64,000 nt of DNA, taken from a bacterium (GTDB taxonomy: Bacteria > Chloroflexota > Dormibacteria > Aeolococcales > Bog-877). This document shows positions 1-9,782 of the stretch, piece after piece. A program made the position numbers and the translations under genes. The stretch is from contig JAKAXE010000003.1 of the NCBI GenBank assembly GCA_021816695.1, positions 1,573 through 65,572 of the forward strand, given 5' to 3'. The number at the start of each line of letters is the position of its first letter. The first letter of the stretch is position 1. The notes under the pieces were generated by a model that saw only the letters and a program-made list of their open reading frames with translations, ran no database searches and had not been told where the DNA came from.

Positions 1-127
1 GGTCCCCGCGGACGACCTGGTGTCCTCCGACGTGGTCCTGCCGTCAGAGGACATGACTCTGGAGGAGGCCACCGCGCTCCTGTCCGAGGACGGCAACGTG
101 GTGGACGCCCCCGCCAGCCCCGCCTGA
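1..127 (+). CDS. 3' end of PspA-associated protein PspAA-like (partial, runs off left edge)
   Basis: Frame 2 reads VPADDLVSSDVVLPSEDMTLEEATALLSEDG...*, resembling the PspAA C-terminus (SDxxLPxxDxxLEEA); lies next to pspAB/htpX/pspA. Confidence 0.6.
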   Translation, partial: VPADDLVSSDVVLPSEDMTLEEATALLSEDGNVVDAPASPA

Positions 128-129
128 GT

Positions 130-705
130 TCAGACCGGAACTCCCCAGAGGGCGTACCAGCGCTCCAGGTCCGGCTCCACCGGCAGGTCCTCCTTGGCCA
201 CCGCCGCCAAGCGCATCTCGGTGGCATTGTCCCGGCGCCGGTCGCCGGTGGGAACGAAGGGGTAGAAGGTGGCCTCCTTGTACCCGTAGATCCAGTAGAC
301 CGGCCCCGAGGCCGAGGTGAAGGGGAAGACCGCCGCCAGAAGGCAGTCTCCCAGGCCCTCGTCCAGAAGTCCGGTGGCAACCGCGTGCAGGGCGGCCAGG
401 GTGGTATCGAACTGCTTGCCCTCCACCAGAAGCCACTCGAACCCGAGGTCGTCCTTGACCTCACTGACCGTGAGGGCGTCCTCGGGTGCTGCCTTGTCCT
501 GCAACCCGAGCATGGCCACCGTGTCCTGGGTCAGCTGCTGGAATCGTCCGCTGGGCAGGGAGCGGAACACCACCCCCACCCGTCCTGTGGGCTGGAGCCC
601 GGCCGCGGTCTCCAGGGTGAGCATGGCGGTGCTCATGGCGAAGATCTTGTCCTCGTTGGACTTGGGGAGCTTGGTCCGGCCGAGTATGGAGTCGAGGAAG
701 CCCAC
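130..705 (-). CDS. PspA-associated protein PspAB-like
   Basis: MGFLDSILGR N-terminus, YWIYGYKxxTFYPFVP, RDNxxEMRL, EPDLERWYALW; directly downstream of htpX. Confidence 0.8.
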   Translation of the reverse strand: MGFLDSILGRTKLPKSNEDKIFAMSTAMLTLETAAGLQPTGRVGVVFRSLPSGRFQQLTQDTVAMLGLQDKAAPEDALTVSEVKDDLGFEWLLVEGKQFDTTLAALHAVATGLLDEGLGDCLLAAVFPFTSASGPVYWIYGYKEATFYPFVPTGDRRRDNATEMRLAAVAKEDLPVEPDLERWYALWGVPV

Positions 706-714
706 ACCCCAACT

Positions 715-1638
715 CTAACCGGAAATCTTCGCCTCCAGCTCGCGGAGCTTGGCCAGCCGATGCTCCAGGGAGGGGTGGGTGGAGAACACCTCTGCCAGGC
801 TCCCCTTGCCGGCGGTGATCGCGGGGAAGATCATGAAGGCGTTGGCCGACTGCACCTGGCGGAGGTCCCGGCTGGGGATCCTGGTCATGGCGCCGCTGAT
901 CTTCTGCAGCGCCGAGGCGAGTTGCGATGGCTCCTGGGTGATGATCGCCGATCCCCGGTCGGCGGCGTATTCCCGGTAGCGGGAGAGGGCCCTGATCAGG
1001 ACGAAGCTGATGGCCCAGACGACCGCCGCCACCAGGATGATGACGATCATCCCCTCACCCTCATCCGAGCCCCGCCCGCGGCCGTAGCCGCCACCGTAGC
1101 CAAAGCCGCCAAACATGCCAAACCACATCCCGGACTGCACGATGAGGGAGGCAACAGTGGCGAAGAACCCGGCCATGGCCATGACCTTCACATCCCGGTG
1201 GATCACGTGGCTGAACTCGTGCGCCAGCACCGCCTCCAACTCCTTGGGCTCCAGCTGGTCAAGGATGCCCGTGGTGACGGCCACCACGGCGTTCTTGGGG
1301 TTGCGGCCGGTGGCCAACGCGTTGGGGACCCGGGACGGGATCACCGCCACCTTGGGCATGGGCATTCCGGTGAGCTGGGCCAGCCGACCCACGATGTCGT
1401 GCAGCTGGGGGTACTGCTGGGGCGTGACGATCTGGGCATGGAGCGCGGAGAGCACCATGCGGTCCGAGAAGTAGTACTGGGCCACCAACAACACGGCCAC
1501 CACCACCACGATGGTGACGATTCCGGTGTGCAGCAGCAGCAGAACCCCGACGAAGGCGAGGTAGACCACCGCCAGCAGGAAAAGCGTGAGGAACATCCGG
1601 GCCGTGAGCCCGACGTCGGTGCCCAATTTGCGTTGCAT
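715..1638 (-). CDS. htpX: Zinc metalloprotease HtpX (peptidase M48)
   Basis: PNALATGRNP, AVLAHEFSH (HExxH), SRYREYAAD, FSTHP; start moved to ATG at 1638 (MQRKLG). Confidence 0.93.
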   Translation of the reverse strand: MQRKLGTDVGLTARMFLTLFLLAVVYLAFVGVLLLLHTGIVTIVVVVAVLLVAQYYFSDRMVLSALHAQIVTPQQYPQLHDIVGRLAQLTGMPMPKVAVIPSRVPNALATGRNPKNAVVAVTTGILDQLEPKELEAVLAHEFSHVIHRDVKVMAMAGFFATVASLIVQSGMWFGMFGGFGYGGGYGRGRGSDEGEGMIVIILVAAVVWAISFVLIRALSRYREYAADRGSAIITQEPSQLASALQKISGAMTRIPSRDLRQVQSANAFMIFPAITAGKGSLAEVFSTHPSLEHRLAKLRELEAKISG

Positions 1639-1731
1639 GCACCCTCTATATACCCGTTTCCTGGGAACTGACGCAGAGGGACATCTTGGGGACCGCCCCG
1701 CCAACCGCGCTAGGATGGGCCGGAGCAGGTC

Positions 1732-2577
1732 GTGGAGGTGGTTCAGCCCTTGTTTGTCGATGCCCTGGTCGGCGGCTTCATCCTCGCCCTCATGGGTCTG
1801 GGGCTGCGCACCAGTGTGGGTCGTCGCCTCACTCGTCTCTTCTCCCAGCGCTCCCACGCCCTCCGGGGACGGACCGCGGATCCCCTCGAGGCCCTGGACG
1901 TCGCCTACCGCCGCCAGGCCGAGGTCCTTCAGCAAGCGAGGCGAGGGATCGCCGAGGTGGTGACCTCCCACAAGCGGCTAGAGCTCCAGGCCAAGAGGTT
2001 TCGTGAGAGCCAGGTTCGGCTCCGCGATGAGGCCCGCCAGGCTCTCCTCTCCGGGCGCGAGGACCTAGCCAGAGTCGCCCTGACAAGGGCCCATGCCACC
2101 GCCTCCCAGCTGGCCTCCCTAGAGCTGCAGGTTGCTGAGCTGCGAGATCAGGGGGCCCGGCTGGAGCTGGCCACGGAGCGCCTGAAGACAAGAGTGGAGG
2201 GATTCCGAAGTCAGAAGGAGGTGTTCCGGGCGCAGTACTCGGCGGCCCAGGCTTCGGCGCGCATCGCCGAGTTGATCACCGGCATCTCGGGGGAGATGGG
2301 GGACGTCAGCCGGATGCTGGAGGCTGCTCGGGAGCGCACGCGGCAGATGGAGGCTCGGGCGGCAGCCACGAGCGACCTCGTGACCACCCACCACCCCGCT
2401 ACCATTGGCGGAGACGAGACTGGCCGCCAGCCGGGAGCCACGGACGGAAACGCGGTCGCCGGAGCGCAGCCCAAGACGCTGCGGCCCGAGCCCCCGCACC
2501 ATCCCGAAGGGGTCGCTCTGCTAAATTCCAGTTCCGCATCCACGTCAGAGCCGTCTTCACTGCCAGAGGGAGGTTGA
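1732..2577 (+). CDS. PspA/IM30 (bacterial ESCRT-III) family protein with hydrophobic N-terminal extension
   Basis: DPLEALDVAY..RRGIAEVVTSHKRLELQ, AL..GREDLAR.AL, AQYSAAQA, MEARAAA coiled-coil pattern. Confidence 0.8.
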   Translation: MEVVQPLFVDALVGGFILALMGLGLRTSVGRRLTRLFSQRSHALRGRTADPLEALDVAYRRQAEVLQQARRGIAEVVTSHKRLELQAKRFRESQVRLRDEARQALLSGREDLARVALTRAHATASQLASLELQVAELRDQGARLELATERLKTRVEGFRSQKEVFRAQYSAAQASARIAELITGISGEMGDVSRMLEAARERTRQMEARAAATSDLVTTHHPATIGGDETGRQPGATDGNAVAGAQPKTLRPEPPHHPEGVALLNSSSASTSEPSSLPEGG

Positions 2578-2837
2578 ACCAAGTGCTCCACGTCATCGCT
2601 TTCATCGTCATCGGGGTGGTCATCGGGGCCCTCTACATTCGCCAGTCGCGCGGAGCGGCCGCGACGATCCGGGTCATCGCAGGGCTGGCCGGTAGCCTCA
2701 TCGGTGGCTTTGTCACCCTGGCGGTCCTAGGCAGTGGCCACACGTCCGGGAAGTACGGGAGCATTCTGGTGGCGATCGTGCTGGCGGTGATCCTCTCCGC
2801 CCTGGCGACCGCGGGCACCCGGCCCCGGACCGCCTGA
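2574..2837 (+). CDS. Small membrane protein, GlsB/YeaQ/YmgE (transglycosylase-associated)-like
   Basis: 87 aa, three hydrophobic helices, IAGLAGSLIGG; 4-nt overlap with pspA-like stop. Confidence 0.6.
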   Translation: MNQVLHVIAFIVIGVVIGALYIRQSRGAAATIRVIAGLAGSLIGGFVTLAVLGSGHTSGKYGSILVAIVLAVILSALATAGTRPRTA

Positions 2838-2849
2838 TTTCGGTCCCCC

Positions 2850-3809
2850 CTAGGGACCTACCGAGAAGAACTCCTCCGCTCGACGTCGGTCCTTGGCCAT
2901 CTGGGCCACCAGCTCCGCGTCGGAGCGGAACGTCTCCTGGCCCCGGATCCGCTCCAGGACCTCGGCGATCAGCTCCTGGCCGTAGAGGTCCGGGGTAGGG
3001 CCGAGGCCATGGACCTCGAACCGCCGGTCGCGCCCGGAGAAGTGGGGACGTGTGCCGACGCTTCCCACCGCCGGCCTCGGCTCTCCGCCGGAGGCCGGCC
3101 TCCAGGTCATGACGTAGACGCCGTCGGGAGGCAGGAGCTGCGCCGGGAGGGTCCTGAGGTTGGCGGTGGGAAAGCCGAGGACTCGACCCAACCCCTCTCC
3201 CCTCACCACCTCCCCCATCACCTGAAAGGGGTGGCCCGCCAGGTGCGGATACTCCGAGACCCGGCCCTCCTGGAGCAGGCGCCGCAGTTCGGAGCTGCTC
3301 ACAGCCACGGTCCCGACCACCACCTGGTCGACAACCTCGAGGCCGAGCTGGTGTTCTCTGGCGTAAGCACGCACGAAGTCCACCCCCCCGCTGCCATCAC
3401 GACCCAGGGAGAGCCGAGGACCGGCTGCCAGGCCGACGACCGCCAGCTGGTGGCGCAGGCGCGAGAGGAACTCCCCCGGGTCCTGCGCCCGCAGCCGGTC
3501 ATTGAAAGGGATGACCAGCACCTGGTCCACACCAGCCTCCGCCAGCAGGCGGCGGCGAAACCTGAGCGGTGTGAGAAGGCCCGGCACCGACTGCGGACGC
3601 AGGAGGTGCGCCGGATGAGGTTCGAAGGTCACCGCCACGACCATCCCCTGTGGGCCCGCCATTTGGCGCGCTGCCCGCAGGAGTCGCTGGTGGCCCAGAT
3701 GCACCCCGTCGAAATTGCCCACCGCCACCACTGCCGGCGGGCCATCATTGGGCGGGCCGTTGAGAGGGATCCCAAAGACAGCCGGGACCCCGACCCCCAA
3801 GTCAGCCAC
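2850..3809 (-). CDS. ribF: Bifunctional riboflavin kinase/FAD synthetase
   Basis: GNFDGVHLGH, TFEPHP, SSS, LGFPTANL, P.DGVY, GTRP; follows truB. Confidence 0.93.
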   Translation of the reverse strand: MADLGVGVPAVFGIPLNGPPNDGPPAVVAVGNFDGVHLGHQRLLRAARQMAGPQGMVVAVTFEPHPAHLLRPQSVPGLLTPLRFRRRLLAEAGVDQVLVIPFNDRLRAQDPGEFLSRLRHQLAVVGLAAGPRLSLGRDGSGGVDFVRAYAREHQLGLEVVDQVVVGTVAVSSSELRRLLQEGRVSEYPHLAGHPFQVMGEVVRGEGLGRVLGFPTANLRTLPAQLLPPDGVYVMTWRPASGGEPRPAVGSVGTRPHFSGRDRRFEVHGLGPTPDLYGQELIAEVLERIRGQETFRSDAELVAQMAKDRRRAEEFFSVGP

Positions 3810-4758
3810 CGACGGGGGCGATCACCTTGAGGGGCTGGAATCGCAGGCCGGCCAGGGTACCGACCGCCAGCAGCCTACCGTCCGGGCCGTGGGCTCTCAC
3901 CTCCCCTCCTGCCTGCTCTCCCTGGGGGCCGCGCTGGAGCCAGGCCCCCTGGCCGCGCTGGACGGCTGCGGCGGCTCCGGGCAGGAGGTCGACCCGGGGC
4001 ATCCCCTGAACAGCGGCCTCCGGAGGCAGGAGCAGCGAACGCGGGTCGTCCGCCTCCAGCAGTTGCGAGACTGACACCGCCTGCTCCAGATGAAAGGGCC
4101 CGTAGGCGGTGCGTTCCAACCACCCCAGCACTCCCCCCACGGACAACCGCTCCCCCAAATCGGTCGCCAACACCCGGAGGTAGGTGCCCTTGCCACAGAC
4201 GACCTCGACCTCCGCCTCGGCCACCTCCCCCGGAGTGAAAGAAAGCACCCGGATGCTGTGGATCTCGGCTACCCTCGGCTTGCGCTCGACGGTCACCCCC
4301 TGCCGGGCCAGCTCGTACAGGTGGCGCCCCTGATGACGCACGGCGGAATGCATCGGTGGGACCTGCTCGATCCTCCCCACGAACTCCTTCAGCGCCTTCT
4401 CCACCACGGTTCGATCCAGAGCCGCGGCCGAGGAGCCAGGCCGCACCTCCCCCTCGAGATCGCCGGTGTCAGATGTCTCCCCCAGCCTGAGGCGTGCTCT
4501 GTAGGTCTTGGGTTCGCGCAGGATGTACTCCACCAGCCGGGTGGCCCGCCCGACACAGAGCGGCAGCACCCCGGTGGCCGCCGGGTCCAAGGTCCCAGCG
4601 TGCCCGATGTGCCGTTCCCCGAGCGCCCGGCGGGCGTCCCTGATGGCGGCGAAAGAGGTGATCCCGGCGGGCTTGGCCAGGTTGAGAACCCCAGTCACCC
4701 CCGGTGGCCGGCCGGTCCGACGGAGCGGGTTGGGGATCACGTCTACCGGAGCCGTCAT
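3802..4758 (-). CDS. truB: tRNA pseudouridine(55) synthase
   Basis: KPAGITS, GHAGTLDP.ATGVL, QVPPMHSAV, GTYLR; start ATG at 4758 overlaps nrnA stop. Confidence 0.95.
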   Translation of the reverse strand: MTAPVDVIPNPLRRTGRPPGVTGVLNLAKPAGITSFAAIRDARRALGERHIGHAGTLDPAATGVLPLCVGRATRLVEYILREPKTYRARLRLGETSDTGDLEGEVRPGSSAAALDRTVVEKALKEFVGRIEQVPPMHSAVRHQGRHLYELARQGVTVERKPRVAEIHSIRVLSFTPGEVAEAEVEVVCGKGTYLRVLATDLGERLSVGGVLGWLERTAYGPFHLEQAVSVSQLLEADDPRSLLLPPEAAVQGMPRVDLLPGAAAAVQRGQGAWLQRGPQGEQAGGEVRAHGPDGRLLAVGTLAGLRFQPLKVIAPVGG

Positions 4759-5729
4759 CCCTCGCCCTCCTCCAATACTGCAGCCCGCGCGCGCCGCAGC
4801 ACCGCCTCCTCGGCCTCCAACAGGCCGGAGCGGAGCTCGGCGCCTGCTGCCCGGAAGTGGCCTCCACCGCCGAGGTCGGCCACCAGCTCGTGCGCCGCCA
4901 GCCTGCCCCGAGTCCTCAGGCTCACCTTGGTCAGCCCCTCCCCCGCCTCCTTGAACAGGACTGCGCACAGCATGGTGTCCAGAGTCTGGAGGAGGTCGAT
5001 GATCCCCTCGGTCTCCTCCAGCTCCGCTCCGGCCTCGTGGAGCATCCGCTGCGTCACGGCTGTCCAGATCAGCCGGCCACCCAGCTCGTAGTGGGCGGCG
5101 CTGGCGGCCAACGCCTGGAGGCGCAGGGTGGTGGCGGGCCTCCACTTGTACGAGCGCAACGCCACGAATGCCGGGTCTGCGCCCAAGTCCACCAACTCGG
5201 CCGCAGCATGCAGGACCGGGCCTGAGGTGTTGTCGTGCCGGAACCCACCGGTGTCCGTGAAGATGGCCGCATACAGGTTAGTCGCCATGTCCGGCGTGAT
5301 CTCCGCCCCCCACTGACGCAGAAGGGACAGCACCACCATCCCGGTGGCGGCGGCCTGGCGGTCGACCACCCCGAGATCGCCGAAGCCGTCGTTGCTGATG
5401 TGGTGGTCGAAGAGGATGGTGAGAGGAGCTTCGGCGATGCGCGACCCCAGGGCACCGAAGCGCGATGGACTGCCGGCGTCGAAGGCGATCACCGTGGAGC
5501 CCGGGGACATGTCATCCCGGTTCACACGCGGGAACCCGGGTAGGTAGGCGAGCCCCTGAGGAACCGGCTTGGGGGCCAGGACGGCTACCCGCTTTCCCCG
5601 CTGGTCCAGATACTCAGCGAAGGCGAGGGCTGATCCCAAGGAATCCGCGTCTGCATCTTGGTGGGCGACCAGCGCGAAGTCGTCCTTCTCGTCCAGAGCC
5701 GCGGTGATCGCCCCCAGGCTCTCAATCAT
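4755..5729 (-). CDS. nrnA: DHH/DHHA1 nanoRNase / pAp phosphatase
   Basis: HxDADxDS, DHH, TDTGGF, SLR, GGGGH..AAG; between rbfA and truB. Confidence 0.88.
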   Translation of the reverse strand: MIESLGAITAALDEKDDFALVAHQDADADSLGSALAFAEYLDQRGKRVAVLAPKPVPQGLAYLPGFPRVNRDDMSPGSTVIAFDAGSPSRFGALGSRIAEAPLTILFDHHISNDGFGDLGVVDRQAAATGMVVLSLLRQWGAEITPDMATNLYAAIFTDTGGFRHDNTSGPVLHAAAELVDLGADPAFVALRSYKWRPATTLRLQALAASAAHYELGGRLIWTAVTQRMLHEAGAELEETEGIIDLLQTLDTMLCAVLFKEAGEGLTKVSLRTRGRLAAHELVADLGGGGHFRAAGAELRSGLLEAEEAVLRRARAAVLEEGEG

Positions 5730-6102
5730 CGGTGACAGCTCCGGGCTCGGACGCCAGGGAGGTGAGCAGCTGGTTCACCCGGGTGCCGCGGACGATCGAG
5801 TCGTCCAGCCGAAACTCGAGCCGGGGGACCCGCCTGAGGTTTTCCAGCCGGTCACCAAGAAGGTGCCGGAGGTATCCGGTCATCCCCTTGAGGGCGGCCA
5901 GGTTGCGCCGCCGCTCGGCGTCGTCTCCCAGAGAGCTCACCCGTACCACCGCCACCGACAGGTCAGGGGCGCAGTCCACCTCAAGCACTGACACCAGGTT
6001 CAGCCGGGGATCCTTCACGTCTTGGGCGAGCGCCAACGCCAGCTCCTGGCGCAGCTGAGCGTTCAGCCGCTCTCGCCGGTGGCCCGGGGAGGCAGGGCTC
6101 AT
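5722..6102 (-). CDS. rbfA: 30S ribosome-binding factor A
   Basis: R.ERL, KDPRL, PDLS.A.V, LRRVPRLEF.LD.SI. Confidence 0.93.
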   Translation of the reverse strand: MSPASPGHRRERLNAQLRQELALALAQDVKDPRLNLVSVLEVDCAPDLSVAVVRVSSLGDDAERRRNLAALKGMTGYLRHLLGDRLENLRRVPRLEFRLDDSIVRGTRVNQLLTSLASEPGAVTDD

Positions 6103-6123
6103 GTGCCGACCCCGCCACCGCCA

Positions 6124-7908
6124 TCAGCGATTGCGCTGCTGCACCACATAGGACTCCAGAACGTCACCCTCAGCGAAGTCCTGGTAGGCGCCCAGGTCGA
6201 TGCCGCACTCATACCCGGCGGCCACCTCGCGCACGTCGTCCTTGAACCGGCGCAGGGACTCGATCCGGGCCCGCTGCACCTCCTTGCCATCCCGCTTGAC
6301 CACCACGGTTGAGCCTCTGGTGAGCTTGCCCTCGGTCACCTGGGAACCGGCGATCATGCCGCTCCGGGGCACCCGGATACGCATCTTGACCTCGGCTCGG
6401 CCCTCGAACACCTCCTCGAAGGTGGGCTCGTGCATACCCTGGATGGCCCTCTCGATGTCATCGGTGATCTGGTAGACCACGTCGTAGGTGCGGACGTCGA
6501 TTCCCTGCCGCTCGGCGGCGGCCCGGGCGCCCACATCGGGCCGGACGTTGAAGCCGACCACGATCGCGTTGGCGGCCGCCGCCAGATCGACATCGGCCTC
6601 GCTTATCGGGCCAACCCCCTCATACACCAGCCGGAGTCGGACCGTCGGATCAGAGAACTTCACCAGAGTGGAGCGGAGCGCCTCCAGGGCTCCGTGGGTG
6701 TCCGCCTTCACGACCAGGTCCAGGTCGCGAAGCTGTTCCTCGCCCTGGCGGCTGAGCTCCGCCAGGCTCACCCGACGGGCGTCCACTCGCCCTTGGCGGA
6801 CGGCGGCCATGGCAGCCTCGGCCCGGGCCTTCGCCTCCTTTTCGCTTGCCACCACCAGCAGCCGATCCCCCGCGACAGCCACCTCGGGCAGGCCCGCCAC
6901 CTGAGCGGGCAGCCCCGGAGAGCAGCCGTCGATGCGCTGTCCGGTGTCGTCTATGAGGTCCCGGACCCGGCCGGCGACCGCCCCCACCACGAAGTGATCC
7001 TGGCGACGCAGTGTGCCCTCCTGCACCAGGACCGAGGCCACCGGCCCCCGCCCCCGGTCCATCTGCGAGTCGATCACCACGGCCTCCGCAGGGGCATTCG
7101 GATCGGCCATGGGAGGATTCAGGTCGGTCACCAGAAGGATCATCTCCAGGAGGTGGTCCAGCCCCTCGCCGGTCTTGGCTGAGACCGGGACGCTGACCAC
7201 GTCCCCCCCGAAGTCCTCCACCACCACCCCGTGCTCGGCGAGCTGTTGCTTCACCCGGTCGGGATGGGCGTCCTCCAGGTCGATCTTGTTGATGGCCACC
7301 AGGATGGGAACCCCCGAATTGCGCACGTGCTGGATGGCCTCCTCGGTCTGGGGCATCACCCCGTCGTTGGCAGCCACCACCAGCACCGCCAGATCGGTGA
7401 TGTTCGCGCCTCGTGCCCGCATGGCTGTGAAAGCGGCGTGGCCCGGGGTGTCGATGAAGGTGATCAGCCTCCCCTCCCGCCGCACCACCGAGGCACCGAT
7501 CCGTTGGGTGATGCCACCGGCCTCCCGCGCCGCCACGTTGGACTCGCGGATGGCGTCCAGCAGGCTGGTCTTGCCGTGGTCCACATGCCCCAGAACGGTC
7601 ACCACCGGGGGCCGGGGCGAAAGCCCCTTCCGGCTGTCGTCCCGCAGGACCCGCCCAGAGGCCGGCGCCTCCCGAGCGGCGGCTTCGGACAACTCGATCT
7701 CCAGGGACTCTGCCACCAGCCGAGCCGTGCCCAGATCGAGGGACTGGTTGATAGTGGCCAGGATCCCCCGCTGCAGCAGGGCCTTCGACACATCAGCGGA
7801 GGAAACCCCAAGAGCCTCGGCCAGTGACTTGACCGTGAGATTGTCCGGGAGTTCCACCCTCTTCAGCTTCGCGATAGCACTTCCTCCTGCCCCTGGACGG
7901 GGCCCCAT
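6124..7908 (-). CDS. infB: Translation initiation factor IF-2 (short form; start either ATG 7908 or ATC 7875)
   Basis: [51 protein letters not shown]. Confidence 0.96.
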   Translation of the reverse strand: MGPRPGAGGSAIAKLKRVELPDNLTVKSLAEALGVSSADVSKALLQRGILATINQSLDLGTARLVAESLEIELSEAAAREAPASGRVLRDDSRKGLSPRPPVVTVLGHVDHGKTSLLDAIRESNVAAREAGGITQRIGASVVRREGRLITFIDTPGHAAFTAMRARGANITDLAVLVVAANDGVMPQTEEAIQHVRNSGVPILVAINKIDLEDAHPDRVKQQLAEHGVVVEDFGGDVVSVPVSAKTGEGLDHLLEMILLVTDLNPPMADPNAPAEAVVIDSQMDRGRGPVASVLVQEGTLRRQDHFVVGAVAGRVRDLIDDTGQRIDGCSPGLPAQVAGLPEVAVAGDRLLVVASEKEAKARAEAAMAAVRQGRVDARRVSLAELSRQGEEQLRDLDLVVKADTHGALEALRSTLVKFSDPTVRLRLVYEGVGPISEADVDLAAAANAIVVGFNVRPDVGARAAAERQGIDVRTYDVVYQITDDIERAIQGMHEPTFEEVFEGRAEVKMRIRVPRSGMIAGSQVTEGKLTRGSTVVVKRDGKEVQRARIESLRRFKDDVREVAAGYECGIDLGAYQDFAEGDVLESYVVQQRNR

Positions 7909-8213
7909 CCAGTCTCCGGGGTTGAATGGGAGATCATACCGGCCACCAGGCCAGCCACACGGTCCGGAACTGGCACTCCGGCCGGAAGGCGCAGCGCCCT
8001 TTGCAACGCCCGCCTACGTCTGGCCGCCTCCCAGCACTCCATCTTGGCACAGATGTATGCCCCCCGTCCGGCGGCCCGCCCGCTGGTGTCCACTTCCAGC
8101 GTCTCGCCAGTCCGGCACAGCCGGATCAGCACCCACTTCGAGTGCCGCTCTCGACAGCCCACGCAGGTCCTCAGCGGCAGATGCCCCTGGGGCTCCCGCG
8201 ATGACGCGGTCAC
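7863..8213 (-). CDS. ylxR: YlxR/RnpM family RNA-binding protein
   Basis: [16 protein letters not shown]....C, RAL.RAL; between nusA and infB; GTG start estimated. Confidence 0.85.
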   Translation of the reverse strand: MTASSREPQGHLPLRTCVGCRERHSKWVLIRLCRTGETLEVDTSGRAAGRGAYICAKMECWEAARRRRALQRALRLPAGVPVPDRVAGLVAGMISHSTPETGWGPVQGQEEVLSRS

Positions 8214-8295
8214 CGGCGCCGGCTGGGGGCTCAGATCCGCCCCCAGCCGGCACGGCGGACGGAAGGCACGATCACTGCTGGCTCCGCTCCCTGGA

Positions 8296-9273
8296 TCACG
8301 GAGCCGCCTCCGGCACCCGGATGTCGATTCGCCACCCCGTGAGCCGGGCCGCCAGACGAGCGTTCCGGCCCTCCTTGCCGATCGCCAGGGAGAGCAGTTC
8401 GGGAGCCACCTCGACCACTGCCCGGTGCCCCTCCTCGTCCAGCCGGACGCCGACCACCGGTGCTGGGGCCAGGGCGCGAGCCACGAAGGTGGCGGCATCG
8501 TCGGCCCACTCGACGATGTCGACCTCCTCCCCCGCCAGCTCCCCCACCACGGCTCGGATCCGGGTGCTCTTGGGCCCGATGCACGCACCCTTGGGATCGA
8601 GGCCTGGCCTCAGTGATTCCACGGCGACCTTGGACCGCACACCGGGCTCGCGGGTGACCGCCCTTATTACGACCTCGCCGGACGCGATCTCCGGAACCTC
8701 TATCTCCAGGAGGCGTCGCAGGAGGAGTGGAGAGGTGCGCGAGGCGCGAACCTCGATCATCTCCGGTCCCCCGCGGCGGGACTCCAGCAGGACAACCTTG
8801 AGGTGGCGCCCGAGCGCCAGGCGCTCACCAGGGATCTGCTCGGCGGGGCCGAGCACCGCCTGCAGATGGCCGGCCCGCAGAAACCAGGTGCCGCCGGCCT
8901 GGCGCTCCACCACTCCGTCCACCAGCTGCCCGCGATGCTCGACTGCCTCTGCGGCCAGACGGTCACGCCTTGTTTCGTCCAGCTGCCGAGCGAGTCGTAC
9001 CCGAGCAAGCCGCGCCGCCCGAGCCACCACCTGGGGCGCCAAGGAGATAGGCTCCGCCTCCCCGCCACCGACGGACACCACCTCCACCTCACCTCCCGCG
9101 GCCAACCTCACCGCCACCTGGCCGGCGACTGGGCTGCCCGCCTCCGCCAGCGCCTCGGAGAGGGCGAGGGACACCTCCTCCATGAGCCGCGCGGGGTCCA
9201 CCCCCAGTTCCTCCCAGACCGCCGCGAGCGCCGAGTCCAGCCCCCCCGAAGAGCCGCCCCTCTGGGCCGTCAA
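8296..9273 (-). CDS. nusA: Transcription elongation factor NusA
   Basis: S1 plus KH domains: [51 protein letters not shown]. Confidence 0.95.
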   Translation of the reverse strand: MTAQRGGSSGGLDSALAAVWEELGVDPARLMEEVSLALSEALAEAGSPVAGQVAVRLAAGGEVEVVSVGGGEAEPISLAPQVVARAARLARVRLARQLDETRRDRLAAEAVEHRGQLVDGVVERQAGGTWFLRAGHLQAVLGPAEQIPGERLALGRHLKVVLLESRRGGPEMIEVRASRTSPLLLRRLLEIEVPEIASGEVVIRAVTREPGVRSKVAVESLRPGLDPKGACIGPKSTRIRAVVGELAGEEVDIVEWADDAATFVARALAPAPVVGVRLDEEGHRAVVEVAPELLSLAIGKEGRNARLAARLTGWRIDIRVPEAAP

Positions 9274-9764
9274 AGGTCCACCACCACCTGGACCGAAACC
9301 AGGTCGGACCGCTCCAGTTCGATCCGCTGGGGCCTGCCGCTCCGGCGCCGAGCCTCCAGCTCCAGCAGCCGGTCCGAAATCGCCGTGAGCCGCCCCTCGA
9401 TGACTGCCTCCTGGCCGGAACGCGCCACGATCACCCGGAGGCGGCGCCCAAGGCTCGCCCGCAACTCTTCCTCGGTGGCCAGCATCCGCTCAGCCCCTGG
9501 GGAGCTGACCTCCAGCGAGTAGGACTCCGGGAGCACGGCCTCGTGCACGTCGAGCACATCGGAGATGGCCAGGCTGGCGGCACCGCACTCGTCCACGGTT
9601 ACCCCGCCAGGCCGGTCCACGGTCACCCGCAGGACCGCACCGCGCCGCCCACCGGCCCAGGAGAGCCCGAGCAGGGTCAGCCCGAGCTCCGAAACCGGCC
9701 CCTGCACCAGACTCCTGAGCCGGTCGGGGTCAATCTGGGAACCCGACGAGCCTTTCACCACCAA
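9270..9764 (-). CDS. rimP: Ribosome maturation factor RimP
   Basis: [28 protein letters not shown]. Confidence 0.93.
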   Translation of the reverse strand: MVVKGSSGSQIDPDRLRSLVQGPVSELGLTLLGLSWAGGRRGAVLRVTVDRPGGVTVDECGAASLAISDVLDVHEAVLPESYSLEVSSPGAERMLATEEELRASLGRRLRVIVARSGQEAVIEGRLTAISDRLLELEARRRSGRPQRIELERSDLVSVQVVVDL

Positions 9765-9782
9765 CCCACGGGGGGCCGGCCC

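Noticed and set aside
7013-9388. Long antisense and alternate-frame ORFs (e.g. 791 aa at 7013, 687 aa at 30960, 479 aa at 24035)
   Set aside because: Shadow ORFs expected in high-GC DNA. They lie opposite clear conserved genes and show no recognisable motifs.
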